64,000 bases of DNA, taken from the NCBI RefSeq assembly GCF_001194135.2, contig NC_068981.1, forward strand, positions 190,659,385 to 190,723,384, read 5' to 3'. Numbering within the stretch: the stretch's first letter is position 1; every line of letters starts with the position of its first letter. Under the pieces are notes generated by a model. That model made no database searches, had not been told where the DNA came from, and saw nothing but the letters and a program-made list of their open reading frames with translations. Source of the DNA: Octopus bimaculoides (lineage: Eukaryota). Below, piece after piece: positions 49,165 through 61,231 of this stretch. Made by a program: the position numbers and the translations under genes.

Positions 49165-49262
49165 GACCACGCATGCGCATGAGGGACTTCCTGCATGCCT
49201 TCCGGAAGACTAGTCCCTGCGCGTACGTGGATAAACTCTCCAAAATGGCGACTGGTATCAGG
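49165..49262. promoter_or_regulatory. CpG-rich housekeeping-type, probably bidirectional, promoter
   Basis: GCATGCGCATG (NRF1-like), ACTTCCTG and TTCCGGAAG (ETS), and CAAAATGGCG (YY1/initiator-like) within ~90 bp of unique sequence. Confidence 0.6.
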
Positions 49263-49679
49263 TGCCACTACAGATGTAATTGTCAAAATTTACCAGAAAA
49301 GAGCATGGAATAAATGCGTGGGCAAAAATGTTAACATTCATAATTTTGGTGACAAAAAAATTCTTTAACAGAAGGAAACGACCATTTAATTCTTTGCTCC
49401 TCCATGAGGTAGTGATAGGTGTTCCGAAAGTCTGCCGATCAGAGTTTGAAGACGTGTGCAATTGTAAAATATTACCCAGCTCCTTCTCTGAATATAGTTT
49501 ACAAGGCATGACAATGTGGTTAAGAAGCGTCACGCAACTTCCAAGTTATGGGTCTGATCGCAATGTGCGGTACCTAGTTTTCTTCCCTAGATTTAAGGTG
49601 ACCAATGTCACGTGAGTGGAATTTCGTTGATGAAAACCACGTAAATCCAGTTTTGTGTGAATGACTCTAATAGGATACG

Positions 49680-49721
<42 letters not shown>

Positions 49722-49728
49722 GAAGGAA

Positions 49729-49773
<45 letters not shown>

Positions 49774-49875
49774 GAGGAAGGAAGAAGGAAGGAAAGAAGG
49801 AAGGAAGGAAAGGAAAAGAAAGGGAAGGGAAGGAAGGAAGGGAAGAAAGAAAGAAAGAAAGAGGGAAAGAAAGAA
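49680..49875. repeat. (GAAA)n/(GGAA)n purine-rich microsatellite
   Basis: Direct reading. Confidence 0.95.
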
Positions 49876-50444
49876 ATCATACGACAGAACAGATTAGCAA
49901 TGGCACCAAATAAATCCATATTACTCTACTTTCAATACTATAGAATATTTATTATCTCTTGTAGAACACATCATACTCCGAGAACATTAGCATCTTATGC
50001 ATACGAACACAAAAATTATGTATATCCACAGCTCGAAATTTCGAATTTGGATGACGTACAAGGCACATGATCTTTTAAAAGCCGTACCTTAATTTTGGCA
50101 GGAGTTTTCTTGAACCGCCATTGGTAAATGTTTTACTATTACATCCGTCTCGTGAGACGGATGTAGTCTCTGATTATACATACATACTAACACAAAATTT
50201 CAAGTTACATTTTCTAGATATATGTGTGTGTTTATGTCAGTATGTATGTGTGTGAACCCACCATTTTCTCTTCTTGTTTTTAACAACAAATCCGATATAA
50301 TCATAATCTGCACCATCTGAAAAGTATTTGTTGAAAATTTCGTTATAAAATATCAATTTTTCTGAAAGTCATGAGTGCACACAGCCGACGGGGTACACTT
50401 GTGTAAGTATGCAAAACACATACACACATACGCACATAAATGGG

Positions 50445-50477
<33 letters not shown>

Positions 50478-51254
50478 AGCATTCGTATAGAAATTATCTA
50501 GTGCGACAAAACCAATGATTTCTTTCGGTGCGTATATTTTAAGCATCGCAGATTACGATCCCGGAAAAGAAAAATATTGCTGTTGAACTTTTGTCAAAAC
50601 TGAAAAAATTCAGAAAGCTGTAGGAGTGAGGCGGGGGACAAAAATTCCCATATCAGCCAGTTTTTACTTTATTTTATTTCATTTTTGCATTATAATAATC
50701 CACAATGCTTAAAAAATGCAACGCAATCTGAAAAAAATTTGATTTGCGGCGCTCTACATAATTTGCAACTCTTATAAGAACGCTTGTGTGTGTGTGTGTG
50801 TATTTAACGATGCTCCGTTCGCGATATTTAACGATTCGATAGAGAGAGATCAATACAATAAGTACTTAGTTCGCTGTTATCGACTAGAATACTTCAAGGC
50901 GATGCCCCAGTGACCGAAACTAATAAGAATATAAAAAAACATTTAATCTCGTTATGAAATTAGGCCACAACTAGACCAACAAGGTTTTCAATCAGCTTGG
51001 GATACTATTTGAACTGTCTCATCAGGTTCCTTTCTCAGAAACTTTTCAGAATTAGAAAATAAATTTGTTTATAAAAATATGAATAAGTTAACGACTTTAC
51101 CGTTGCTCTTCCAAAGGCCACGATAAGTTTGAAATTTCCCAAAGGTATAGAATATTATCTTTGGAATTTACAACAAAAAAAATGAAAAAACACGAAGACG
51201 GGTGTGTAAACAATAAACAGATGTATTAGTTTAACGCTCGAGAAGTGAGAAAGT

Positions 51255-51290
51255 CTTTTACGTTTCGAGCCTACGCTCTTCGACAGAAAG
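51255..51290 (-). ncRNA. Minimal type I hammerhead-like motif with CUGUCGA core variant
   Basis: Minus strand CUUU-CUGUCGA-A-GAGC(GUAG)GCUC-GAAA-CGUA-AAAG; perfect stem II, 4-bp stem I; flanks homologous to the 47.4-47.6 kb module. Confidence 0.65.
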
Positions 51291-51497
51291 GAACACAGAA
51301 ATAAACAGGGAGAGAAGATAAAAAAAAAGGTTTAGTAGCTATTGATCAATCATGGCCAATGAATATTATCATTTGATAATAGATAGAACTGGTCACATCA
51401 CGACAGTTGATGGCAGTGACAGCCTCGGGTCGACCAAAGCCTTGTGAGTGAATTTGGTAGATGGAAACTGAAAGAAGCCCGTCGTATATACATATTC

Positions 51498-51873
51498 TTT
51501 TATTCGCTTATTTATTTCAGTCATTAGACTGCGGCCATGTTGGAGCACTACCTTTAGTCGAGCAAATCTACCCCAGGACTTATTCTTTGTAAGCCTAAAC
51601 TTATTCTTTTGGTCTGTTATGCCGAACCGCTAGGTTACGGGGACATAAACACACCAGCATCGGTTGTCAAGCGATGTTAGGTGGACAAGCACAGACACAC
51701 AAATATATACACACACATACGACGGACTTATTTCAGTTTCCATCTGCCAAATCCATTGACAAGCCTTTGGTCGGCCCGAGGCTATAGTAGAAGACACTTG
51801 CCCAGGGTGCTACGCAGTGGGACTGAACCCGAAAACATGTGGTCGGTAAGCAAGCTACTTACCACACAGCTAC
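51498..51873 (-). mobile_element. SINE family A, full length (preceded by a + strand A fragment at 51421-51490)
   Basis: Collinear with the other copies. Confidence 0.9.
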
Positions 51874-51888
51874 TTATTTAGGGACCTC

Positions 51889-52048
51889 GATTGGTTAAGT
51901 TACATATTGGTGCGCTGGAGTAAGAGACAAATTGCGCCAATACCAACCAATCAGAGTGGTGGACACAACGGGGTCCAAATAGCGCCCACGTTCGAATGTA
52001 TGTATATATAATAAAGGAGAGAGGAATTTCACTAAAGTGTACGCTACA
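51889..52048. repeat. Dispersed repeat, copy 2 of 2 (see 17073-17251)
   Basis: Pairwise homology visible by eye. Confidence 0.8.
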
Positions 52049-52329
52049 CCGTAAAGGAGCTGGAATTTATCTTCCTCGGGTCGTCGCCAACAATACTAGG
52101 GTTGGATGCCGGCACGATACATCAGTAAGTCATAAATGCAATAAATATAAATATGAAATATGTAGTATACGACTATCACCGTCTGCAATAATCTGCATAA
52201 TTCAATTATTTCTCATCGGTAGTGGTGGACACAGTGGTGGTGTTGTGAGAATGGAAAGCTGGCAGACAAAGTGCCATGTTTAATAAAAAATATATTAAGA
52301 TGGTTTTTAAACTTTTTAACCTTGTCCAG

Positions 52330-52341
52330 CGCCATGGTGAA
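52330..52341 (+). CDS. Candidate 12-nt micro-exon carrying the start codon (CGCC-ATG-GTG-AA; M-V-K/N...)
   Basis: TTTTTAAACTTTTTAACCTTGTCCAG acceptor, GCCATGG Kozak context, AA|GTAAGT donor. Confidence 0.5.
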
Positions 52342-52619
52342 GTAAGTAGAATTATATGAATGCAAAATGTGTTTTGTTTTCTCGTTAATAAAAATAAAGA
52401 GGAATAAAATATTCCATCTGTATTTGTGACAGGCAGGCAGGCGGACAGGTAGCTAGAAGTAATTTGTCAGTTTGAGAATCACTGGCAAAGCTAACAACAA
52501 ATCATCGACCAGTTTGGGGATTTTATCACTGAGTCTGGCTTTTTGCATCTCTCAGCGACGGGATGGGAAACTTTGTCCCATGAGCCAATTTACGCTCATG
52601 AAAGTAAAAACCATTTGGA

Positions 52620-52790
52620 TAGCATTGTTTCTAATTCAGACACAAGGCTAGCAATTTTGAGGGGAGAGCTTTATTCGTACCCCTGTACTTGACTGCTAAT
52701 TTATTTTATCGACTTCCGATGGACGAACGACAACGTTAATCTCGGTAGGATCTGAACTCAGAACGTAAAGAACCAAAGCAAATCCAAATC
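52620..52790 (-). mobile_element. SINE family B fragment, diverged (another on + at ~54640-54810)
   Basis: gacacaaggctagcaattttgagggg...tttattttatcgac...tgaactcagaacgtaaag. Confidence 0.65.
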
Positions 52791-53509
52791 ATAACCACAG
52801 CCCAAAACAAGTACATATCTACGAATTCGTCCTCGCGAATTCTTATATATTTGCAATGCCTTCCCCTACATGCTACTGCTTAGCGTGCTGGAAATAGCAA
52901 CCAAATCTCTATTAAATCAAACTCCACAGTCTTAAAGTAGAGGGAAAAGCACATTAGAGAATGTTGTTCTAGGTACACTCAGTTTGAATAAAGGACATAA
53001 TAATTGTGGTTGAGCCGTCTTTGGTCGTAGATCTGCAGAATCAGGGTTCACTTGGGGCTAAACAACAAACGAGTTGTGTAACTAAACAAAACTGTCATTA
53101 TTTGTTATTATATAACCCCAATGAACTCTGATCAAACAGACCTATGATAAAAGCGTTCCTGCTGTGACCACATCTTCTCATTTTCAGCTAATGTATCCAG
53201 GACACCATTATCTTATGTGTCATTCTTTTCTTGAAGATGTTAAGACGCAGTTTAAGGGGAATTTGGCTGCTATTTCTACTTGGCGAAGCAATCAAGTAGA
53301 GGTCCCCTTATGAATCCGATCGGTAATTATTGTCTAGCCCTAGGTCAGCAATGACCGAGCTGATCTGTGATCAAAGGCATTCCAGCTTTGACCATTCCAG
53401 ATAGTTTCACATTGTGTATAAATTTAAGACTGTTTTATTCATTGTAACGGCCTTTTATTTTAAAGCTGATTGGATGTGATTCTGAAGGAAAATTGGTTGC
53501 TATTTTTAG

Positions 53510-54170
53510 CAGATCGAGCAATCACATAGATTTTTCCCCTCGTTAGTATGGAACTGACCATCGCCACTAATTTCTGGAGTGGATACCTTGTTTCCACTAG
53601 TTTGTCTCACAGCTTCTGTGGTATTCTCAAAGGGGTACGTCCTATGTAACTGATCTGATGGAGCTCCCTGGCTTTTCAGTGATATCAATGTTGAATTTGG
53701 TCTCTTTCAGAGCTTTCCTAAATCTATGGGCTAGTTCCCCATGGGCTGTGACCTCTACAAACATCATTCTTTGATATTTGCCGTCCTTGTACCATGTGTT
53801 CATCCTGTCTGCTTTGTCACAAAGTCTTTGTATTCTATTCCGGTCTTTACCTCTGTATCTAGGGCAAGCACCACTGGTTTCATTACATATAATGCTATCT
53901 AACTTCTTTCTAGCTCCCCTGTATACCCGAATCCTATATTTCTGGTCATATCCAGAGAATTGCTTGCGGTGCATGAAATTCTGTACATGTTTCCTTGTTT
54001 CATAGGGTTCACATAGTGGGGAACGTTATTCATTATCCTAAGTCTGCTATCAGTATGTTAATTTTCATGTTATGTGACAAAGCTGAGTTCCTGCGAATAG
54101 CATATTTAGAAGCTATGGGTTTCGTGTATTAAGAGTAGAAGAGCTACACCCTGTTGTTCACAGTCTCTAA
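53510..54170 (-). pseudogene. Second Penelope-like element remnant (RT thumb to linker before GIY-YIG), distinct lineage
   Basis: YTKPIASKYAIRRNSALSHNMKINILI, then ORF QFSGYDQKYR...GACPRYRGK...WYKDGKY..MMFVEVTAHGELA...DITEKPG, then QLHRTYPF...C..C. Fits the PLE pattern FY.KP...SGY...P.YR...WY..G.Y..V.FV..TP.GEL. Confidence 0.72.
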
Positions 54171-55470
54171 CCATGTATTTGTTTTTATTAATCTTTTTCT
54201 TTGTTTCATAAAATTAAATTTCATAGAGCATTAATCAAATCCTAAAAGTGTTCTTGAAAGTTTTGCCAATGCTAAATCTATCAGGTACAACCAATGACGG
54301 AAATGAATGGGCAAATGCACAGCGGGGCGTCACGGAGGATGGTAGTAGTTTATAGCGTCTTGTCTCCACGTTCTGAACATCAGCCTTTTGGACTTTAGCG
54401 TACCCCTAATTCCTAATACTAACTTCTATTACTGGACGCCACAAACAAGGTTTTAGGAAAATTTCCAATTAAGAAGCCATCCCTCCGCCCCGTTTTCTTT
54501 ACTACCTACATATGCTAGGATTCCCCTATCTTAAGAGAATTTGCAGTATATGTTTAACAAAATTATAAATTCAGAATTAGACAAAAAAGTTAATCCAAAT
54601 TGCATTCGGTTATATTGTTAGCCTATATGATAAATAAAAAAAACAAGGTGGGCCGGTTGAATCGTGTGAGCATCAGAAAAATACTTTGCTATATTTGTTC
54701 AAATCCAATGTAAGCTTTGCTTTTCATCTTTTTGGAGTCGATAAAATAAAACAACAGTGAAATTCTGGAGTCGATGGTATCGAACATTCTCCCTTCCTTA
54801 AAATCAAAAACCCATTCGCATAACCTCTCATGTGACCCACGAGATCAAGGAAAGTCTGGTTCAGGAACTCTAGATTAGATCTTTAGTAGAATCTATGGAA
54901 GTGAGTGCCAACATACCAAATAACAACTTTAGATGTCCTTTCTGTGTATTCAAATCTCACACGCACTGACTTTGTTTGTCATGGCTTTATTTGTCAACTT
55001 TCTGTCGCCATTAAAGCACTGTCTTATTTGGACTGCATCTCACTTCATTTCACGTTGTGCTAACTTAATTTCCTTTCGTTTTGAGATCGATAACCTAAGG
55101 ATCAATAAGAATCTGAGGTCGATTCAATCTTCTGTTGTAATTCCATTTGCATTTTCTGTGCCTTATGCCTTCTGTTCACTATTCGAATTAATTCCCTAGT
55201 TACTAATACTGGCGCCTTTATGTCGGTAATCGATTTATTAGAAATACATGCCAAATCTCCCCCAAATCACACCCTACTGACTTAATAAGAAGACACTTAG
55301 GATAATCTAAATGTAATCTTTAAAAAAAAAAGGCAGTAGAATTAACACGGCTGGTGAGCCTTTTATTACATTATCCAATGTGTCGTTTCCCTTTTTTTTT
55401 TAAGATTTCATGAAATTTGGCTATTACTTCTAGCATGTTGTGACCACGTAGTTTCCCTCGTTGGCTCGAA

Positions 55471-55477
55471 TTGTGTG

Positions 55478-55512
<35 letters not shown>
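55471..55512. repeat. (GTGC)n microsatellite
   Basis: Direct reading. Confidence 0.95.
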
Positions 55513-55533
<21 letters not shown>

Positions 55534-56589
55534 TGTGTATGTTCTATTTTTTTAAAGTAAATCTTGGGAGGGTAATTTCTAATCTCGCAAGGTTCAGAAT
55601 AAGCCAAAGAAATTATTATTTTTCATCAGTCATCACCTGCATCATCACCTGCATCATCCATCGATTCCCATTTCTTTTTTACTTGTTATTGATGCATCAC
55701 ATAGACATTTTAGATACGGCCCCTATAACATCTATCTAGCTCCCAAATAATAAACGTTAACATCTTTTCTCCATACAACATATTTGAATAATTAACAAAG
55801 CTGATTTCCGGATTCCCACCCATCATTTTCCTTTTCAACTTTACAAATTGGCGCCATTGGCCTCAATTCTCAGCTGCTTATTATTTTGAGCCTCTTTTGA
55901 CTGTGAATAACCAAACTTTAAACGAGACTAATTTACCTCAGTAAATTCTTGCTACAATCCTTAAACACAGTTGCCATTCACGCATTCAAGACTAAGTATT
56001 TCCGACTATTATTAAAGGTATTATCATTTGGCAATGCTGTTCAGTCAGGCTGCTGATTTAAATCACCATTATTGGGTGATTTATATTTTTATATATTATT
56101 TCTCCTGAAATAGCACAGATGGTTAATGAAACAGGCTTCCTTGTCTAGTCGTTATCATCCCAACTGAATCGATGTTCAGCGAAATCAGTCCTTCTGCAAG
56201 TAGACTAATGCTTTATCGATTATCCTCGGCTTTAATTCCATATATATCTATGTTCGGTTATGTATAAAATTATTGGAATGTGTATATATAACACTTGAAA
56301 GCCCTCCTCCTACTAAACCAAATAGTCCGTCTTCTATGAATGGCTAAACCTCCTACACAATCACATTATACACACACATTTATATATAATACATAATATA
56401 TTGATTAACGATTACATGTGTAAGCATTTCATTAATATCTAATCCACACTTCGGATACTACTTGAAAGAATTTCGCCATGCTCTTTTCGTTTAAGTATGA
56501 GAAAAATAGAAACAGTTAAGAATTTAGTAACAGACAAATCGAATTTCGGAACGATTTTTCAATTGTCATTGACTTCTCACTTGTAGTAC

Positions 56590-56853
56590 ATTGTCAGACA
56601 CATACACGTATGTGTGTAAGTTAAATATCACGCATACACATATTGTGTAAGTTAAAACTGTTGTGTATCTGTGTGTGTGTAAAATTTGTAACACACAGAA
56701 TGAATGAAAAAACACAGGCTCAAATACACACGTGTGTTTGTCTCAGCTAAACACACGTGTGTAATGTTATATGTAAATGGGTGAAGGTTAATTACAGCAC
56801 ACACGAGGTTTATTAAAAACACATTCATAAAATATATATGCAAGCTAGATATG

Positions 56854-56894
<41 letters not shown>

Positions 56895-57480
56895 NNNNNN
56901 NNNNNNNNNNNNNNNNNNNNNNNNNNNNNNNNNNNNNNNNNNNNNNNNNNNNNNNNNNNNNNNNNNNNNNNNNNNNNNNNNNNNNNNNNNNNNNNNNNNN
57001 NNNNNNNNNNNNNNNNNNNNNNNNNNNNNNNNNNNNNNNNNNNNNNNNNNNNNNNNNNNNNNNNNNNNNNNNNNNNNNNNNNNNNNNNNNNNNNNNNNNN
57101 NNNNNNNNNNNNNNNNNNNNNNNNNNNNNNNNNNNNNNNNNNNNTATATATGTTGATTACAACACATATAAGTTAAATACAAGACCTAATTGTATGTAAA
57201 TTATCAAAAAATTGTAAAGCTAAATATAACGTGTATGTGTGTACACAAACTGAGTAAACATTTAAATTGCCTTTCAAGGTAAATATTACACATACACGTA
57301 TGTATAAGCTCAATATGCACACACTCTAAATATAATACATGACGTGTATTCTAGATACACAAATTAAATATGACACGTGTGTTAGCTCATTATAGCACTC
57401 ATACATACAAGCCCAATGTAATACAATACACAGGTGTGTATTAGCTAAGTATTACCCACACAGCGTGTGTAATTCATTAT
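56590..57480. repeat. Degenerate minisatellite-like region (cacacgtgtgtaagYtaaatat-type units) spanning a gap
   Basis: Recurrent acacgtgtgt, gtgtaagttaaa and tagctca/tagctaa motifs on both sides of the gap. Confidence 0.55.
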
Positions 57481-57976
57481 ACTAAAAGGTTATTATTTTG
57501 AAAAGGTGTGCCACCATTAATGTTTGTACAGCAATGGAAATTAGGTGGAACTGTTCTACTTTAGCTGGAGCAGTTCTCAGCAATTGAGAATTCGTTTTAT
57601 TTAATGAAGTTCAATTATTTCCATCTCAATGCCGTATTTAAGACAGTTTGCTGATTAGCATGAGGTTGCCTTGTTAATAAGAGATAGTAACAATAAGAAA
57701 TGAGTGAACTACGACATTAATACTTAGTCACTGGTGTTTAATAGATGCCGGGTGTTCCAAAGTAGTCATTTGAAATAGTTTAAGTGATGCGGCTACCATT
57801 AATAGGAGTTATGTTGGAAGTTATCAGCAACAATTCAATTTTACTCATACAACTGCCAAGATACAATAATAGCTATAAAATTAATTTTCGAAATAAAAAG
57901 TTTAACATTTTAATGAATACATCAACTGGATGTAAAAGTTGTTTCCTCAAATGGAGTTTGGTTTTGAGAAATTGTC

Positions 57977-58348
57977 GGCACTCCGTCGCTTACGACGTCG
58001 AGGGTTCCAGTTGATCCGATGAACGGAACATTCTGCTCGTGAAATTAACGGGCAAGTGGTTGAGCACTCCACAGACACGTGTACCCTTAACGTAGTTCTC
58101 GGGGATATTCAGGGTGACAGAGTGTGATAAGGCTGACCATTTGAATTACAAGCACAACAGGAAGTAAGAGTGAGAGAAAGTTGTGGTGAAAGAGTACAGC
58201 AGGGTTCGCCACCATCCCCTGCCGGAGCCTTGTGGAGCTTAAGGTGTTTTCGCTCAATAAACACTCACAACGCCCGGTCTGGGAATTGAAACCGCGATCC
58301 TATGACCGCGAGTCCGCTGCCCTAACCACTGGGCCATTGCGCCTGCAC
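57977..58348 (-). mobile_element. SINE family C, full length, with probable TSD TTTTGAGAAAT
   Basis: Homologous to 28901-29283; ttttgagaaat at 57962-57972 and again at ~58351-58361. Confidence 0.9.
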
Positions 58349-58456
58349 GATTTTGAGAAATACATTGTCAGATAAATTCGCTCCTCCCCGCCATCATTTA
58401 TTTTCATTCTCCCCAATGTTATTCGGGCGAAGGTAAAGAATATTTACACCCGGTAG

Positions 58457-58487
58457 TTAGGGTTTAGGGTTAGTATTAGGGTTAGGG
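58457..58487 (+). repeat. Short degenerate interstitial (TTAGGG)n
   Basis: ttagggtttagggttagtattagggttaggg. Confidence 0.6.
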
Positions 58488-60312
58488 ATTCTTTACAACT
58501 TTTATTTATTCTGGAAATTTAAATAAATTTTATCTCTTGTCAGACATGATCATGGAGTACTAAGCAGAGAAAAGAAGAAAAAAACGAATTGATCTCAACG
58601 CAGTACTAAAAACCTTAAATCATTTTATATTTATTGCAAGATATTTTTCCTCATTCAGTTCATCGGATAAAACGGTGAAAAAGCCACTTGTTTTTTTTTT
58701 CTCTCCACTTCTTTCTTCGATAATATTTCTCCGTTCTGAGTTACATTTAAGAGGACTTCTCCATCTACAACTGAGATTCGCTCAGTTGGCTTGTTGAAGT
58801 TTTCACTTGACATCTTAGATTCTAAACAAATAGTTTATAACATCAAAGAATTTTATTAAAACTGTTATTTTTTTCTTTCTTTCTTTCAGCTTTAGATATC
58901 TCATTTTTAGAATTAATCCCCGAAATATAACTCCCCCACCACCACCACCACTATCTTTTTTATATGTCTAGTAGAATCTATATTTCAAAGATCAACAATT
59001 TTTTCTTTACTAATTTGTGAAATTTGCTCAAATCCAGGAATAAACTACTAAATCACTAGAAAAAATTGACAGGGGAGGAAAATGTTAGCCGCACACACAT
59101 ATGAAAAGGATTTTTTTAAATTGGCCCCAAATTTAATTATGGCCAAACATAAAAACATGGGTCAAAATGTTTTATAGACATCAGATTTATCACCTTTGGC
59201 CATAAACGGTCAAAACAGTCACTGTGATGTCCATATACGCTCGTGTGTGTCTCATACATATGCAGTTTTTTTTAAACAGCTTCAGTTACAAAGAAACTCA
59301 GAAACTGAGAGTTTCGTTTATGGCATTTATGAAACTTTGATAAGTGCCATGCACGAACTCTCGACCCTTGAGTCACTTTTGTAATTTTCTGCTGATTAAA
59401 GATAATAAAAAGTATTATATATTGTCGGATATTCGTGAGCTAAGCCATTAAATTAAAAATTCAATGGGGTCTTTTGTTATATTGAATAAAACGTGATTTC
59501 CTTCCTTCCTTTGTAACCATACGATGCCATTATATAAATTATGTCGTCAGCGGAGTTTCAAATCACTCGTCAACCCACACCTCTTGGGGGAAGGGAAAAG
59601 GTTACGGGAACAAAAGGCTGCAAAGAATATTTTTGAAAAATTAAAATTTTTGAAAAAAAAAATGTTTTAAGAATTGCAATTTCCGTTGTATGGGAGACAA
59701 GAATATTTAACAAAAAACTGGGGTAAAAATTATCGTTTTCTTTTCTCATGAGTTCAGAAGACGCCTAATTTGAAAACATGCCATATTGTCTACTGTTATT
59801 TAATAAGTGACTTCCAAACATTGTTTAATTAGTATATTATTAATTACTAGTATAACCGTGTCGTCAAAGATGCTGTCAGTTTATTTTATGATAGAAAATG
59901 GCGCATCAAAACAATGGGAGAAACCGTTGATAAATGTCAGCAATCGAATAAATATATGTATATACACCGAACTGAAGCACTTGAACAATGAGATACGGTT
60001 GTAACGACTCGCTTGAAAATATTATATTTATGAAGCATCCACTTTTTCATGCTAGCATTGGATCGGACAGATTTTGTAGAGTTGGGTACCATTCCTGTTG
60101 CCAACCTTCAACTGCTTCATGTCACAGCAAAAAGACACTAAAATAAACAAACACATACATACACACCAAGTTGATCGTTGGTGTAACCATGATATTTTTA
60201 GTGATCTCACGAGCTAGCTTTCTTTCTTTCCATTGTTTGTGTATATACAATTGTATAATACAGACCTGACGTATTAATGTAAACATGTAAGCATAATTTT
60301 TTCACTATAGGC

Positions 60313-60690
60313 ACAGGAGTGGCTGTGTGGTAAGTAGTTTGCTTACCAACCACATGGCTCTGGGTTCAGTTGAACAAATCAACTCCAGTACTTTTTAAAA
60401 ATCTGATATTTATTCTATCAGTCTATTATGCCAAACTGTTAATGTATGGGGGTGTAAACAAAACAACATGGTTGTCAAGCAGCAGGATGGCTAGATGTAG
60501 GATACACATACACACACACACACATATATATATTTATATATATACACACACACACACGTACACACAAACACAATGGGATTCCACACAGTTTCCAACTACC
60601 AAATTAACTCATAAGGCAGTTGATCAGCCCAGACTTATTGGTGAAGGCCCTCGTACAAGGCACTTCTTTGTGGTACCTTGTAACCATTTC
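60313..60690. mobile_element. SINE A head (+) joined to an older inverted SINE A body (-)
   Basis: 60313-60369 is a + strand head; 60370-60690 matches the minus-strand A body at high divergence. Confidence 0.65.
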
Positions 60691-60895
60691 ATCTTTGGGA
60701 GTGAGACATGTTGTTTGAGAAGGTGAGAGAGAGATGGTAATTTTGAGAAGGACAGAGAGCAATGGTGAGAGAAATGTGGTGGTCTGAGGCCGTTTGATAA
60801 GAGGAGGACTGAGGGTTAGGGTTAGCAACCGCCATCACACCATCTTGCTTGGTTTTGGGTGTTCTCCCTTTTCAAGCCAACCCTCCCAATTTCTT

Positions 60896-61231
60896 GATGG
60901 AGATGCAGGGGTTGGAAGAAACAGTGGAATGGTTAGCAAGGGTGAATGGAGTGAGGTGGTATGGGCATGTGTTGAAGAGGGATGAGGAGCATGTTCTGAA
61001 GAGGGTGCTAGAGTTTGTGGTAAATGGGCAACGAAAGCGAGGTAGACCGAGAAAAATATGGAGGGGACAGGTGAAGGAAGAAATTGGGAGGGTTGGCTTG
61101 AGAAGGGAGAACACCCAAAACCAAGCAAGATGGTGTGATGGCGGTTGCTATGGCATTGAGGTAGATCCGGCCACCCCTGTTAACAGGAACAAAACCCAGA
61201 TTCAAAATGATGGATGATGATGATGATGATG
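60896..61231 (+). pseudogene. 5'-truncated RTE-clade LINE 3' end with (GAT)n tail
   Basis: ORF 60849..61217: NGVRWYGHVLKRDEEHVLKRVLEF.VNGQRKRGRPRKIW; tail ggatgatgatgatg. Confidence 0.88.

Noticed and set aside
49280-49615. 111-aa ORF just downstream of the promoter
   Set aside because: Non-ATG start in the sequence, no domain similarity; probably UTR or intron.
58890-58975. Strong acceptor (TTTCTTTCTTTCAG) as the exon following the ATG micro-exon
   Set aside because: The phase-2 reading hits a stop after ~27 low-complexity codons with no donor.
59040-59900. AT-rich region with possible DNA-transposon termini
   Set aside because: No matching inverted ends or coding motif could be verified by eye.
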